A stretch of DNA of 63,907 nucleotides, counting the filler, from Octopus bimaculoides (taxonomy: Eukaryota): the NCBI RefSeq assembly GCF_001194135.2. It is 4 parts of 4 records of this genome, joined end to end, with 100 filler letters (N's around TTAATTAATTAA, not from the genome) between each part and the next. Parts side by side here need not be neighbours in the genome. Positions count along the whole stretch, not along the records: positions 38,455 to 62,340 come from NC_068983.1; positions 62,441 to 63,907 come from NC_068997.1; 2 more parts are not named here. One strand, written 5' to 3'. This document shows, piece by piece, positions 53,885 to 63,907 of this stretch (its first letter is position 1; the number at the start of each line of letters is the position of its first letter). Under the pieces are notes generated by a model. That model had not been told where the DNA came from and searched no databases. It saw only the letters and a list, made by a program, of their open reading frames with translations. A program made the position numbers and the translations under genes.

Positions 53885-54021
53885 CTGTATTGAAGGTATT
53901 TGTCGATGGTGCAGCAAATGAAGTATACAACCATCTCTCCAAAGAAGATTTCCTGCCAGATTTAATTACAGGAGACTTTGATTCCATCCGTCCAGAAGTA
54001 AAAGAACATTATCGACAGAAA
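53885..54021 (+). CDS. TPK1: Thiamin pyrophosphokinase 1 exon
   Basis: tttcag/gtaatt; AVLKVFVDGAANEVYNHLSKEDFLPDLITGDFDSIRPEVKEHYRQK contains the TPK signatures DGGAN-like and GDFDSIRPEV. Confidence 0.96.
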
Positions 54022-54429
54022 GTAATTTTCTTTCTCTCTTCTCTCTCTATGTAATATAATTGATGAGTACACACACATTTTAGACTACATTTGCGCCACC
54101 TAGCTTAATATTCCTACATGTTATTTGGTAGCTTTTATTTGATTGCTAATAGCAACTGTAGTAGTAGTAGTATTTATTGTCATTAGTGGCATCATAATCG
54201 TTGGCACCCTCCCCTTCTTCTTCTTCTCCCCTCCTCCCACATTTTCCCAATTCCTATTGTTCTCCCTTCCTTCCTTTTCCTTGTTGTTCTTGTTCTCTCC
54301 CCCCGCCGCCACCAATGAGTTGTCCAACAATCTTAAAGCTATTCACCCAAAACACCGGCCACTCATCCACTTTCACAATTGACCCCTATCCATGTCGTCA
54401 AAGTTGGCAATGTCTCTAAATCCAACATC

Positions 54430-54830
54430 CTATATCTGACTGTTGCACAACCTCTGTAGTGGCTTAATGGGTATGCGATGAGAACTGGGTCATCAGCATG
54501 TAAGCATTCTGAAGGACATCAAATCCAAAACTCCTATGACATTGCTCCAAGAACTGTAATGCATAAAAGCCTTAGAGAACCTCTGTCTAAATCCTCCAAT
54601 GAATTTGCTGCCAATGCTGACCTTAATTACAGCACCTTTGTATTACATAGAATGGGACTGTATCAAAAACCTTTTCAAGATCAACAAATGCAAAGTACAA
54701 TCTTTTGTTTTTAGCAGAGAACTTCTGGAGTATCTGTTGTTCAACAAACCATCTTGACCCCTTTGGATACCAGCCTGCTTGAGATTGCCTTTAGTTCTAT
54801 TGTACAATCTTCCTGTTTTAAAGTAATCAA
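54430..54830 (-). mobile_element. RTE-like reverse transcriptase remnant in a TPK1 intron
   Basis: KFSAKNKRLYFAFVDLEKVFDTVP and LHADDPVLIA motifs; heavily decayed. Confidence 0.75.
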
Positions 54831-55511
54831 AGGGAAAACCTTCCATTGAAATTTCATGTTAAGTTTGAGGCATGAGAGTTATAATGGCAAAGTCCTTTTA
54901 GTAAATTCCTTATTATTTTCAAAATTAATTGAAAGAAAGGTAATGTTTTTCAACATACGGTGTAACAAAAATGAAAAAAAAGGGTTAAACTAATTTTGTT
55001 AAGGTTCAGTTCTTTCTGCTTACTTTCAAGATTTGGTCCATCAGTTTATGACGTTTGCATCTCTCCAGTACATCTACCTTGATCTTACTGTTGATGATGC
55101 TACACATATGTCAGTCATTAGAGAATTAGAAATAACACCTTCATCCGCTACCTAATTAATTAAGTAACTTACTAGTATAATACACTTGCACATCTTTAAC
55201 ATATTTAGCACCTCAGGGACCATCTGTTGGATTGCACTGTCTAATTAACTAGTGTAATATCTACATATCTCTGATGCATTTAACGTCTCAGTGACTGTTG
55301 TACTTTAATTAACTAAGCAAATTCACTATATCTAATACCTACATATCCCCCTGGCACATTCAACGTCACAGTGAATGTCTCTGATGATGAGCCTGTTTTT
55401 TCCCCTTCATTCATCTTTGTAATTGCCTTTCTAGCCTTGCCCAACCTAACTTTGAATAGTTATGGTATGTCTATCCAAACCACTCACATCAGTGAAGATG
55501 TTTCTTTTCAG

Positions 55512-55601
55512 AATGTTGAAATTATTGAAACACCTGATCAAGATGAAACTGATTTTACAAAATGTCTGAGAATTGTTTTTGGGAAAATTAATCATGTTGA
55601 G
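55512..55601 (+). CDS. TPK1: Thiamin pyrophosphokinase 1 exon
   Basis: tttcag/gtaagt; NVEIIETPDQDETDFTKCLRIVFGKINHVE contains the TPDQDxTDFTKCL signature. Confidence 0.96.
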
Positions 55602-55780
55602 GTAAGTTGATGAATTCAGATAAAATTAATAAATCAGTTGTGACTAATTGGGATTAGAAGTTGTAACAGCTTCTTTTACAAAAACATGAATGCTGTTTAC
55701 AATTAAGTTTTAACCCTTTAGTATTCAGATTACTGTATCAGATGTAATGCTTATTTAATCACATTTTTAAAAATTAATTA

Positions 55781-56160
55781 CCGTAAATCCTTGAGTATAA
55801 TACGCAGGGGATTTTTAGGGGGCTGTACCTCTGAAAAACCTAGACCTTGTGTATAGTACGCGCCCCTTCTCTAACTTGAGTCAATGAGGTCTATATAACG
55901 TCCTTGGTTTGTAAACATATATACGGTAACGTCCATTATTATTATTGTATATATAGCATAATGCAAACGTCTAGCTTTTTTGTGCACTTTGTTTGCAGAA
56001 AATAAAGAAATAACAGTAATAACGTCAGTGAAAAATAAATATTAAGTAAATTGCCTTTACATATTTATCACTTAGAAAATATTTTTCATTTTTAACCTCG
56101 TATATAGTATGCACTAGAAATTTTGGGTAAAAAGTGTGGATTATACTCGAGGATTTACGG
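55781..56160. mobile_element. Tc1/pogo-type MITE nested in the piggyBac-type MITE at 55714-56301
   Basis: TA-flanked TIRs ccgtaaatccttgagtataat and attatactcgaggatttacgg; the flanks rejoin into the 50286-50504 family. Confidence 0.85.
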
Positions 56161-56638
56161 TATGCATTATCTCATAGCTTGGAGATTCTGATGATGTGAC
56201 TGTTTATTTTTTAGAATGATATAGGTATGAGAGGCTGGATCTGGCTGGTTTGAACATAAAACAGGTAGAATATGTTTTATGGCCAGTTTGAATGCTAAAG
56301 GATCACTTAGTTGATATACAATTTCATCAATTGTTGTCCATCCATTCTTCTATAATCATTTACTGGATTTCTTGCACACACTCAGTTCTTTAAACATTTT
56401 CTTTTCAATAGAAATTCTAAATACAGAAGTCAGCTTCAACCCTTCCTTATTTTGAAACATTAAGTTTGCACCAGTCATCTTATCCTCAGCAGATGCTGGT
56501 AACACATTGAAGGAATTTTATACAATTTTTAGCCATGATGTAGTTTAACAATCATTATATGTTGGGTTAGATTTATAAATCTTGGGATGCATTTGAAACA
56601 CTTCCATTTATTTTGTTATATTTTATTATTATCTTTAG

Positions 56639-56794
56639 GTTGAGAGAATAGTTGTTCTAGTCGGTTTCCAAGGAAGAGTTGACCAGCAATTTGCTAATTT
56701 CAACACACTCTACAAAGTCAGAAACTTTGGATATGATAAATATGTTCCCATATATGTGATGTCAAATTCAGATCTTACATGCCTTTTGAAAACA
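56639..56794 (+). CDS. TPK1: Thiamin pyrophosphokinase 1 exon
   Basis: ctttag/gtaagt; VERIVVLVGFQGRVDQQFANFNTLYKVRNFGYDKYVPIYVMSNSDLTCLLKT with the GxxGRxDQ motif; phase 0-0. Confidence 0.94.
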
Positions 56795-58023
56795 GTAAGT
56801 ATTAATATTTATGATGTTATGTTCTGCTTCTTAAAATGAACTGGCCATTTGGGTTTTACAAAGTTTTAATAACCACTTGATAATAAATCATAGTTGTGGA
56901 ATTAGAAAATCTGCTTTGCAATTACTTAGTTTCAGATCTGATCAATCTCTGTGACACCTTGTGCATGCATCTTCCAATGTAGCTTCACACTGACTAGTGT
57001 TCTGTGGGTAGAATTTTGCTGACAGGTATTGTGTGTGTGTGTGTGTGCTTTGACTACATGGTTATAAGTTCAGTCTCACTGCATGTCTGAGGATTTGAGA
57101 GGGTGAGTTCACGAGATAGTGAAAGGAGTATAGTAGATGGAGGGTGGGATGTAATGAATAGGCACAGGTAGAAGAAGGAGGTGGTATTAGGAGAATATGC
57201 TGTGGGGAAGAGATTCAATGGGGACATATAATGTGCAGGTTGGTACAAAAGAGGAATGTAGCAGTTGGTGAGCATGGGTGGAGGGAAGAGATGGATTGTA
57301 GGGAGGTTTGTCAGGGGACTGATTATGTGCTCCAGTGGTTCTCAGTTGGGGTCCATATTAGATTTTGCTGTTAAAATTTATCTGCAATAAATTGGTTATA
57401 CTTGTACAATACACAAAATATTTTAACAATTTTTATTATACAATTCCTAATGATATTTAATTATAAAAATATAATGGGACTTTCTTATTAAGGTCCAGTA
57501 GAGTAAAATAAGAATCAAAGGGGTCCTTAGGCAAAAAATGATTGACGAACACTAGTGCACACATAAATATATGATGGGCTTCTGACAGTTTTTACCTATT
57601 AATTTTATTCATAAAGCTTTGTTTAGCTTGCAGCTACAGTAAAAGGCATTTGCTTAACCCATTACTTTCCATAATTCTATTAACTGGAATGATCAAAATA
57701 ACATTTTAGATAGAAATAAGCGAGATATTGGGTGAAAAATAAGCAAACCTCATTTAAATATCAGAGAAATATACCTAGTAGATATAGCAAAAAAGGTTAG
57801 ATATGTGTAAATATTGACAGATAATTACGAAATTTGTAATTTTTAAGTGATCTCATATGAGATCACTGGTAGGTAATGAGTTAATGTACAACAGAGTGAA
57901 TTGCAAAGCAATATAAAACAACTTCTAAAATGACACTGATGAGTTTTTGTGCTATTATTAACACCTGTCTTTATCAAACCCTTCTAAATTTTAACATCTT
58001 GACATGTATAATTAAAATTGCAG

Positions 58024-58135
58024 GGAAATAACAGCATTGAAGTTGATAGTGAATTCAGAGGGGCGCATTGTGGTCTGATTCCTCTTGGTAATGTGTGTAA
58101 CAACATAACAACAACAGGTCTAAAATGGAATTTAA
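58024..58135 (+). CDS. TPK1: Thiamin pyrophosphokinase 1 exon
   Basis: ttgcag/gtaagt; GNNSIEVDSEFRGAHCGLIPLGNVCNNITTTGLKWNL with CGLIP and TTTGLKWNL signatures; 112 nt. Confidence 0.96.
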
Positions 58136-60313
58136 GTAAGTTTAGTTTTAATCCAGTCTTCATGTGATCAAAAAATACTAACAGACAGACCAAAAACTCA
58201 ATAGATGGCAGAATCGTTGCCGGGCGAAATGCTTAGCAGTATTTCGTCTGCCGCTACGTTCTGAGTTCAAATTCCGCTGAGGTCGACCTTGTCTTTCATC
58301 CTTTCAGGGTTGATTAAATAAGTACCAGTTACTTAATCCCTTTGTCTGTCCTTGTTTGTCCCCTCTGTGTGTAGCCCCTTGTGGGCAAAAAAAAAAAAAA
58401 CTCAATACAGTTTGGACCTCTGAAATCCAGCGACCTTGAGACATAATCTTTGCTGAATCATAGAAAATTGATCCCAAATTGTAAAGACAGCCTTGCCATC
58501 TCATTCTACATATAGTGATGTCAGATCCAAGCTAGATGAAGTCTTAAAACAAGAAATACTTCAACTAATAATGCTTCTAAATAAGGTTTTTATGGTGGAA
58601 TTCTGCTTTAAGCTCACCATATAACTTTTCTATTTTGAGAATTTTCAGAAAATTTTTCATGTTTTTGTGTTTTACACATAAGAATTCATACAACCACAAA
58701 AGCAAAAAATTTTCTTTTTAAACTTGTTGAAATTTGAAAAAAAAAAAAAAAAAAAAAAAAAAATGAGCGTTTAAAATACAGTCTGAATTTCTTGCTTTAA
58801 ATCCCAGCAATAGACTAAGACTATGAAATGTGTTTATGGGGGAAAGACATTGAAAAACATCAATATGTCATAGTAACAAAGAAATGAGGAGGGTTTTCTT
58901 GCACAAACTCAGTTCTTTAAACATTTTTTTCAATAGAAATTCTAAATACAGGAGTCAGCTTCAACCCTTCCTACCTTGAAACAAAGCTTGGCTAGAATTT
59001 GCACCTGTCATTTTATCCTCAACAGATGCTGGTAACCACACCACATCCTTTATGTAATCTGTAGGAAGATTCCTGTTATTAAACTTGACATTTGTTATTC
59101 AGTGCAACAAAGCAATAATGCATGAAGTCTGATCTGTATAGGCCAAAAACGTCAAATGTTGTATCAAACATTAGATCAAAGCCAGAGTTCCTTTGCTTAA
59201 CACAATTTTCAAACCATTCCAAACGAAGAAAATTTTTTTATCACTACAGTAAAGGAGTGGAAGAATTCTCTCCCCTTTAACGCTTTTTGTTATTGTCTAT
59301 CTATCGATCTAAATACTCTGGCTCAGTTTCGATTCATTTTGAAAATTAAGCTAGTGTTTGGAGCATAAATTAACATGGAATTTTGATGGAAGCTTTTAAT
59401 GTGGATCACTTTAAAGCAACATGGTTGTATCGAATAACTAGGGACAGCCTGAAGACAGGCTCATAGGAAGAAAAGTTACTCATTGCCACCACCATAACTT
59501 TTTAGGGTTGACACCAAGTGTATGGCTCAGTGGTTAAGGTGTTGCACTTATCATGGTTTTAATTCCTGAACTGGGCGATGTATGGTGTTCTTGAGTAAAA
59601 TACCTCATTTCACGTTACTCCAGTCCACTCATTTGACGAAAACAAGTAATCCTGTGAGAGACCTGCATCCCGTTCAGGCAGGAGTATATAAGCCAGATAC
59701 TGGCCTTCTGAGTCTTTGTCCAAAACATTTTCATTAGCCTGTGCACTTGTTTAAGTCTTCCAGTGCCACTACAAATCCATCCATAGAATTTGCTTAAGCA
59801 CTACGCTTTGTCACCACACACATTCCGCTTTTAGCAAACTGAAGTTTTAAGCATTTCTGGCAAGATATGTTGTATCATTTTAAGTTGCTGTCTGTCTGCC
59901 CTTGATACTCCAGGCATGTCAGCAGTTTTCTGTATAACCGCCTTGAACAAATTTTGACTGAAGGTGTATAGATCACTTTATGTGCATTGATACTAGCATC
60001 TCAAGTCTTTGGACAATATCCTGAAGAGCCAAAAGAATGGAGTTTTATCAAGATGCTTGGTTATGGTAAACCAAGTTTGGTAGTGCATTTTATAGGTAGC
60101 TGAATCATCTGTATCCGAACATAGATTTTTAATATTGTTTATCAAAATTTACCAATTATACAAAAAACAGCCAGCTCTCCCTTATTTATGTGATGTTATG
60201 AAATGACAATGTACGACTATTTTGCTTGCTTTGTTATAAACTACCTAAGCACTAAAACTCACACTCTAGCCTAAACCTGGAATTACGTGATCTTTCATTT
60301 ATATATTTTGCAG

Positions 60314-60432
60314 ATAAAGCACCATTAGAATTTGGACATCTGGTAAGCACAAGCAATACATATGCAGAAGAAAATCTAGTTGAAGTGCAAACAGAATGCC
60401 CCATACTCTGGTGCATGGATCTCAAATTCTGA
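60314..60432 (+). CDS. TPK1: Thiamin pyrophosphokinase 1 terminal coding exon
   Basis: tttgcag acceptor; NKAPLEFGHLVSTSNTYAEENLVEVQTECPILWCMDLKF-stop with the LxFGxLVSTSN signature; TGA at 60430-60432. Confidence 0.95.
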
Positions 60433-60458
60433 AACAAGAAACTTCACCCAGTCACTTA

Positions 60459-61037
60459 AATAAATTAATTGTAATACACTTAAATGTTAACTCCTTCAAT
60501 TCATTTTGCTTGAGATTTATGCTACATATTTTTACTGGGACAGATACCCCTAAACAAGCCAATTACTACTTATTTGGACGTCATAGGTAAAATTAAGCAG
60601 CTCTGGACAGATCAGTTTATCTAAATTTCACTCACAAGGCAAGCAGCTCAATGGAATTGAATCACATGAAAACATGAGAGTTCAGCTATTAAGACAGGTG
60701 TCTTTAACAAACTGAAATAAAAGTGGTTGACTCGGTTCTAAGTGGCAACAGAGACAAAGCAAATGATATGAAAGAGACCCTTGCTGCAGCACCAATGAAC
60801 GTTACTCCTTTTCTCAATGCTTGCACGGTCCAGATGCAGTTACTTCGAGGCAGACACACCCTTCATTTGCAAGCACCCACCCAAAGTGCCACAGAGTAAG
60901 ACTGAACTCAAAACCATGTGATTGGAAAGCAAACTTCTCAAATGCAGTCATGCATGTAACTCATGAGTACGTATTTCAGATGCAACAACATGGTCCTGCC
61001 CCAAACCACAATAGAAAATGTAACACCATTTAATAAA
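60459..61037 (+). terminator. Candidate TPK1 poly(A) signals (AATAAA at 60459, 60716 and 61032)
   Basis: Three AATAAA hexamers downstream of the TPK1 stop; which is used cannot be told from sequence. Confidence 0.45.
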
Positions 61038-61074
61038 ACAAGACAAAGCAAGTTTCCAATCAAGTGAAGGAGCA

Positions 61075-61080
61075 TTTATT
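61075..61080 (-). terminator. Poly(A) signal AATAAA of RPL4
   Basis: tttatt on + strand, 22 nt past the RPL4 stop; short 3' UTRs are typical of ribosomal protein genes. Confidence 0.75.
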
Positions 61081-61101
61081 TTAACAGCACATTGACATTA
61101 T

Positions 61102-61485
61102 TTACTTAGCTGCAACTGATTTTGCAGGCTTAGTTTCAGCTTTTTTCACAGGCTTAGCTTCAGCTTTTTTCACAGGCTTAGTTTCAGCTTTTTTCACAGG
61201 CTTAGGTGCAGCCTTTTTCACAGGCTTAGCTGCAGCCTTTTTCACAGGCTTAGGTGCAGCCTTTTTCACAGGCTTAGGTGCAGCCTTTTTCACAGGCTTA
61301 GGTGCAGCCTTTTTCACAGGCTTACTGTCAGTCTTTTTTGCAGCCTTGCTATCAGTTTTTTTCGAAGGCTTAGTAGAACGTTTGCTAAGCTGTTTTACTG
61401 ATTTCGCCTTCCTGATAATTTTACCATCCTTCTTGGTGGCTCTTAACTTTACAGGCCTTTTCCTGAAACCAACAGTACCTTCCAC
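61102..61485 (-). CDS. RPL4: 60S ribosomal protein L4 terminal exon with Lys/Ala/Pro-rich repeat tail
   Basis: tttcag acceptor after a 96-nt intron, in frame with the previous exon; VEGTVGFRKRPVKL...(KPVKKAAP)n...SVAAK-TAA. Confidence 0.92.
   Translation of the reverse strand: MEGTVGFRKRPVKLRATKKDGKIIRKAKSVKQLSKRSTKPSKKTDSKAAKKTDSKPVKKAAPKPVKKAAPKPVKKAAPKPVKKAAAKPVKKAAPKPVKKAETKPVKKAEAKPVKKAETKPAKSVAAK
61125..61345 (-). repeat. 24-bp coding tandem repeat (about 9 units) in RPL4
   Basis: Repeated aggcttaggtgcagccttttttcac-type unit encoding KPVKKAAP / KPVKKAET. Confidence 0.95.
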
Positions 61486-61581
61486 CTGAAATGAAAAACA
61501 ATAGTAACATCATATAGAGAAAAGTCAGCAATATTTATTCAAAAGTAAATATAATAAGTATTCAAAGTACGGTATGCTTAC

Positions 61582-61741
61582 CCCTCTGCGTTTAGCAAGC
61601 AATTTTTCTTTGTTAATCTTTTGGATCTTCTGAGAAAGAATAGCACTCCTCTTCATGGCAGCGGCATATGGGTTCAACTTGACCATTACTCGGAAATTCT
61701 TCAATGGATTTTTCTTCAATTTGTATCTATTTAATCTCACC
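61582..61741 (-). CDS. RPL4: 60S ribosomal protein L4 (uL4), penultimate coding exon
   Basis: ttacag/gtaagc; [53 protein letters not shown] matches the RPL4 C-terminal domain motif [19 protein letters not shown]. Upstream exons are not seen (outside the window or in gaps). Confidence 0.95.
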
Positions 61742-62847
61742 CTGTAACAACAAAATCATGAATAACTGTAAAGACAAAAAACTTAAACAGCATTAAAGAG
61801 AAAACCTAAGATTATAGCAAAACTATGTATATATGAATAGACAACTGAACAGCCAGATAACGGAAAGTTGGACCATCCTGAAGTAAAAGTCAGAATATCA
61901 CAACATTTCATCATTGTCAACAGTAGAGACAAATAAAAAAATAATGCATCAGCGACAGTGGATTAAGTATTTTGATATCCTAGACCAGTGGTTCCCAACC
62001 CTTTTATTTAAACAAATCCATATGTGTGTATATATATGTATATGTATATATATATGTATATGTATATATATATGTATATGTATATAGTGTAGTATATTGC
62101 CACTTAAGTGTGGCTGAACCCTAGGGGTGGATGTTACTGTTGCTTTTAGCCCCAGGAGGACATCTCCTCCAGCTGGCTTATCGACACACGACTGTGTCCT
62201 GTTTGCCAAGGGAAGTTATCCCTCTCACCTCGATCTGCAGCACGAACGTATCCGGATTTCAGGGTTATTTCCCTTCGTCGGCGTCCGACAGCTGATGACC
62301 TTGGTGAGAGAGACAAAAACCTGGCAAACTTATATCTTTTNNNNNNNNNNNNNNNNNNNNNNNNNNNNNNNNNNNNNNNNNNNNTTAATTAATTAANNNN
62401 NNNNNNNNNNNNNNNNNNNNNNNNNNNNNNNNNNNNNNNNGCATGTGGGAATGCCGTTATAATGAATGCTCATTTAAATGTATTTTGCATGGAGTTGATG
62501 TACTTTTTAACAGGAGAGGAGTGCCTGCAGGCTGGTTCTTCTCAAGTTCATGCATTTTCAGGTTCAATGTGTTTCAAATAAGTACTGACAATTGAAGGTG
62601 ATTGCAAAGACAAAGAACTACCTGTTTTTTTTTAACAATTTTAACAGTGAGAACATTGGACAAAATATGTTATAGACATTAATAGTTTGTACCTCAGCTA
62701 ATTACTGTTGAGAACTGCATAATCCATGTGTCATGTTAGAGATCTAAAAGGCATTTTCGAATTTCATTATTTTCTTTAATTCAGGCAACGCTGGATATTT
62801 CTGCTAGTATAGTATATTATATTACATTATGTATGTATATGTATATG

Positions 62848-62932
<85 letters not shown>

Positions 62933-63151
62933 ACAAAAGCATAGCCATACCTAAATAAATGTATACAAATACATACCTATATAAATATGTGTGTATAAGT
63001 GCAATTTAAAATTTACGTAGACATTCGCAGATGAATATATCTTTATATATATATGTGTGTGTGTGTGTGCATATGTTCGTATGTGTATGTATATCTTTAT
63101 GTATGTATACGTGTATATTTATTTATGTAAGTATATGGATATACATGCATA

Positions 63152-63907
63152 CAGAGGTTGGACAAAATAATGGAAACATCTTAAAATTTCGAACAAAGTA
63201 CAGCGACTCGTACAAAGTTCGAATTGTTTCCAAAGGAATATTTGTCCATTCTTCAGTTAAAACAGTCTCCAGTTTTTGTAGTGATGATGGTAGAAGATAT
63301 TGACTCCTTACTTGTTTTTCTAAAATGCACCATAAATGTTCAATAATATTGAGATCTGGGGACCGTGGTGGCCAGATAAGATGTTCAACTTCACTAAAAT
63401 GTTCGTGACATTCAGTAACAACTTTAGCTGTGTGAAATGGTGGATTATCACCTTGAAAGATTGCGTTCCTCTCCGAAAGCAGTTCTGCAACCAAAGGATG
63501 AATTTGATCAGATAAAATACTTAAGTAGTTTTGACTATTAATTCTGCCATGAAAAGAAACCATTGGGCAAACGGATTTCCAAGATATAGCCCCCCAGATC
63601 ATTACAGATCTTCCTCCATGTTTAACAGTTGGAAGAAGGCAGTCTGGGTCAAATGTTTCTTTTGGCTGTCTCCACACGTATACTCGGCCGGTGGTTGGAA
63701 ATAAGGTAAGAGATGAGTCGTCCGAGAAGATATCATTCTTCCTCTACTCTAGGGACCAATTCTGTAAGTTTTTACCCCACTCTAAATGCTTTGCAGCGTT
63801 TGTTTTTGAAAGTAGTGGTTTTCTGATTGCAGCCCTCCCGTGAAATCCGGCTTTGCGGAGTTCCCGGCGAACAGTCTTTGTGGAAACTGGGTTCTCGAGG
63901 TGGTCAT
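63152..63907 (-). mobile_element. Tc1-like transposon 3' half in the RPL4 intron
   Basis: TVKHGGRSVMIWGAI, FQGDNPPFHTAK and WPPRSPDLNIIEHLW; TA-CAGAGGTTGGACAAAATAATGGAAACA terminus. Confidence 0.92.

Overview
Eukaryotic, repeat-dense, gapped genomic window. The SINE families and gap style suggest an octopus, Octopus bimaculoides-like assembly (inference). Three genes are supported. (1) Two duplicated phase 1-1 exons on the minus strand (560-706, 6935-7075) each encode a six-cysteine pacifastin/VWC-like module. (2) Thiamin pyrophosphokinase TPK1 on the plus strand has six coding exons (50188-60432); its first coding exon was not identified. (3) The last two exons of ribosomal protein RPL4 on the minus strand (61102-61741) lie tail-to-tail with TPK1 and end in a histone H1-like octapeptide repeat. 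The rest is SINEs, microsatellites, MITEs and decayed Penelope-like, RTE, Tc1/mariner, Helitron and FLYWCH/MULE remnants. The most notable non-obvious signal is six minimal type I hammerhead-ribozyme-like motifs of the Penelope type. They include a head-to-head pair in a 291-bp foldback whose core carries a swapped G3-C8 pair. Most ORFs in the supplied track are artefacts of N-runs and microsatellites.
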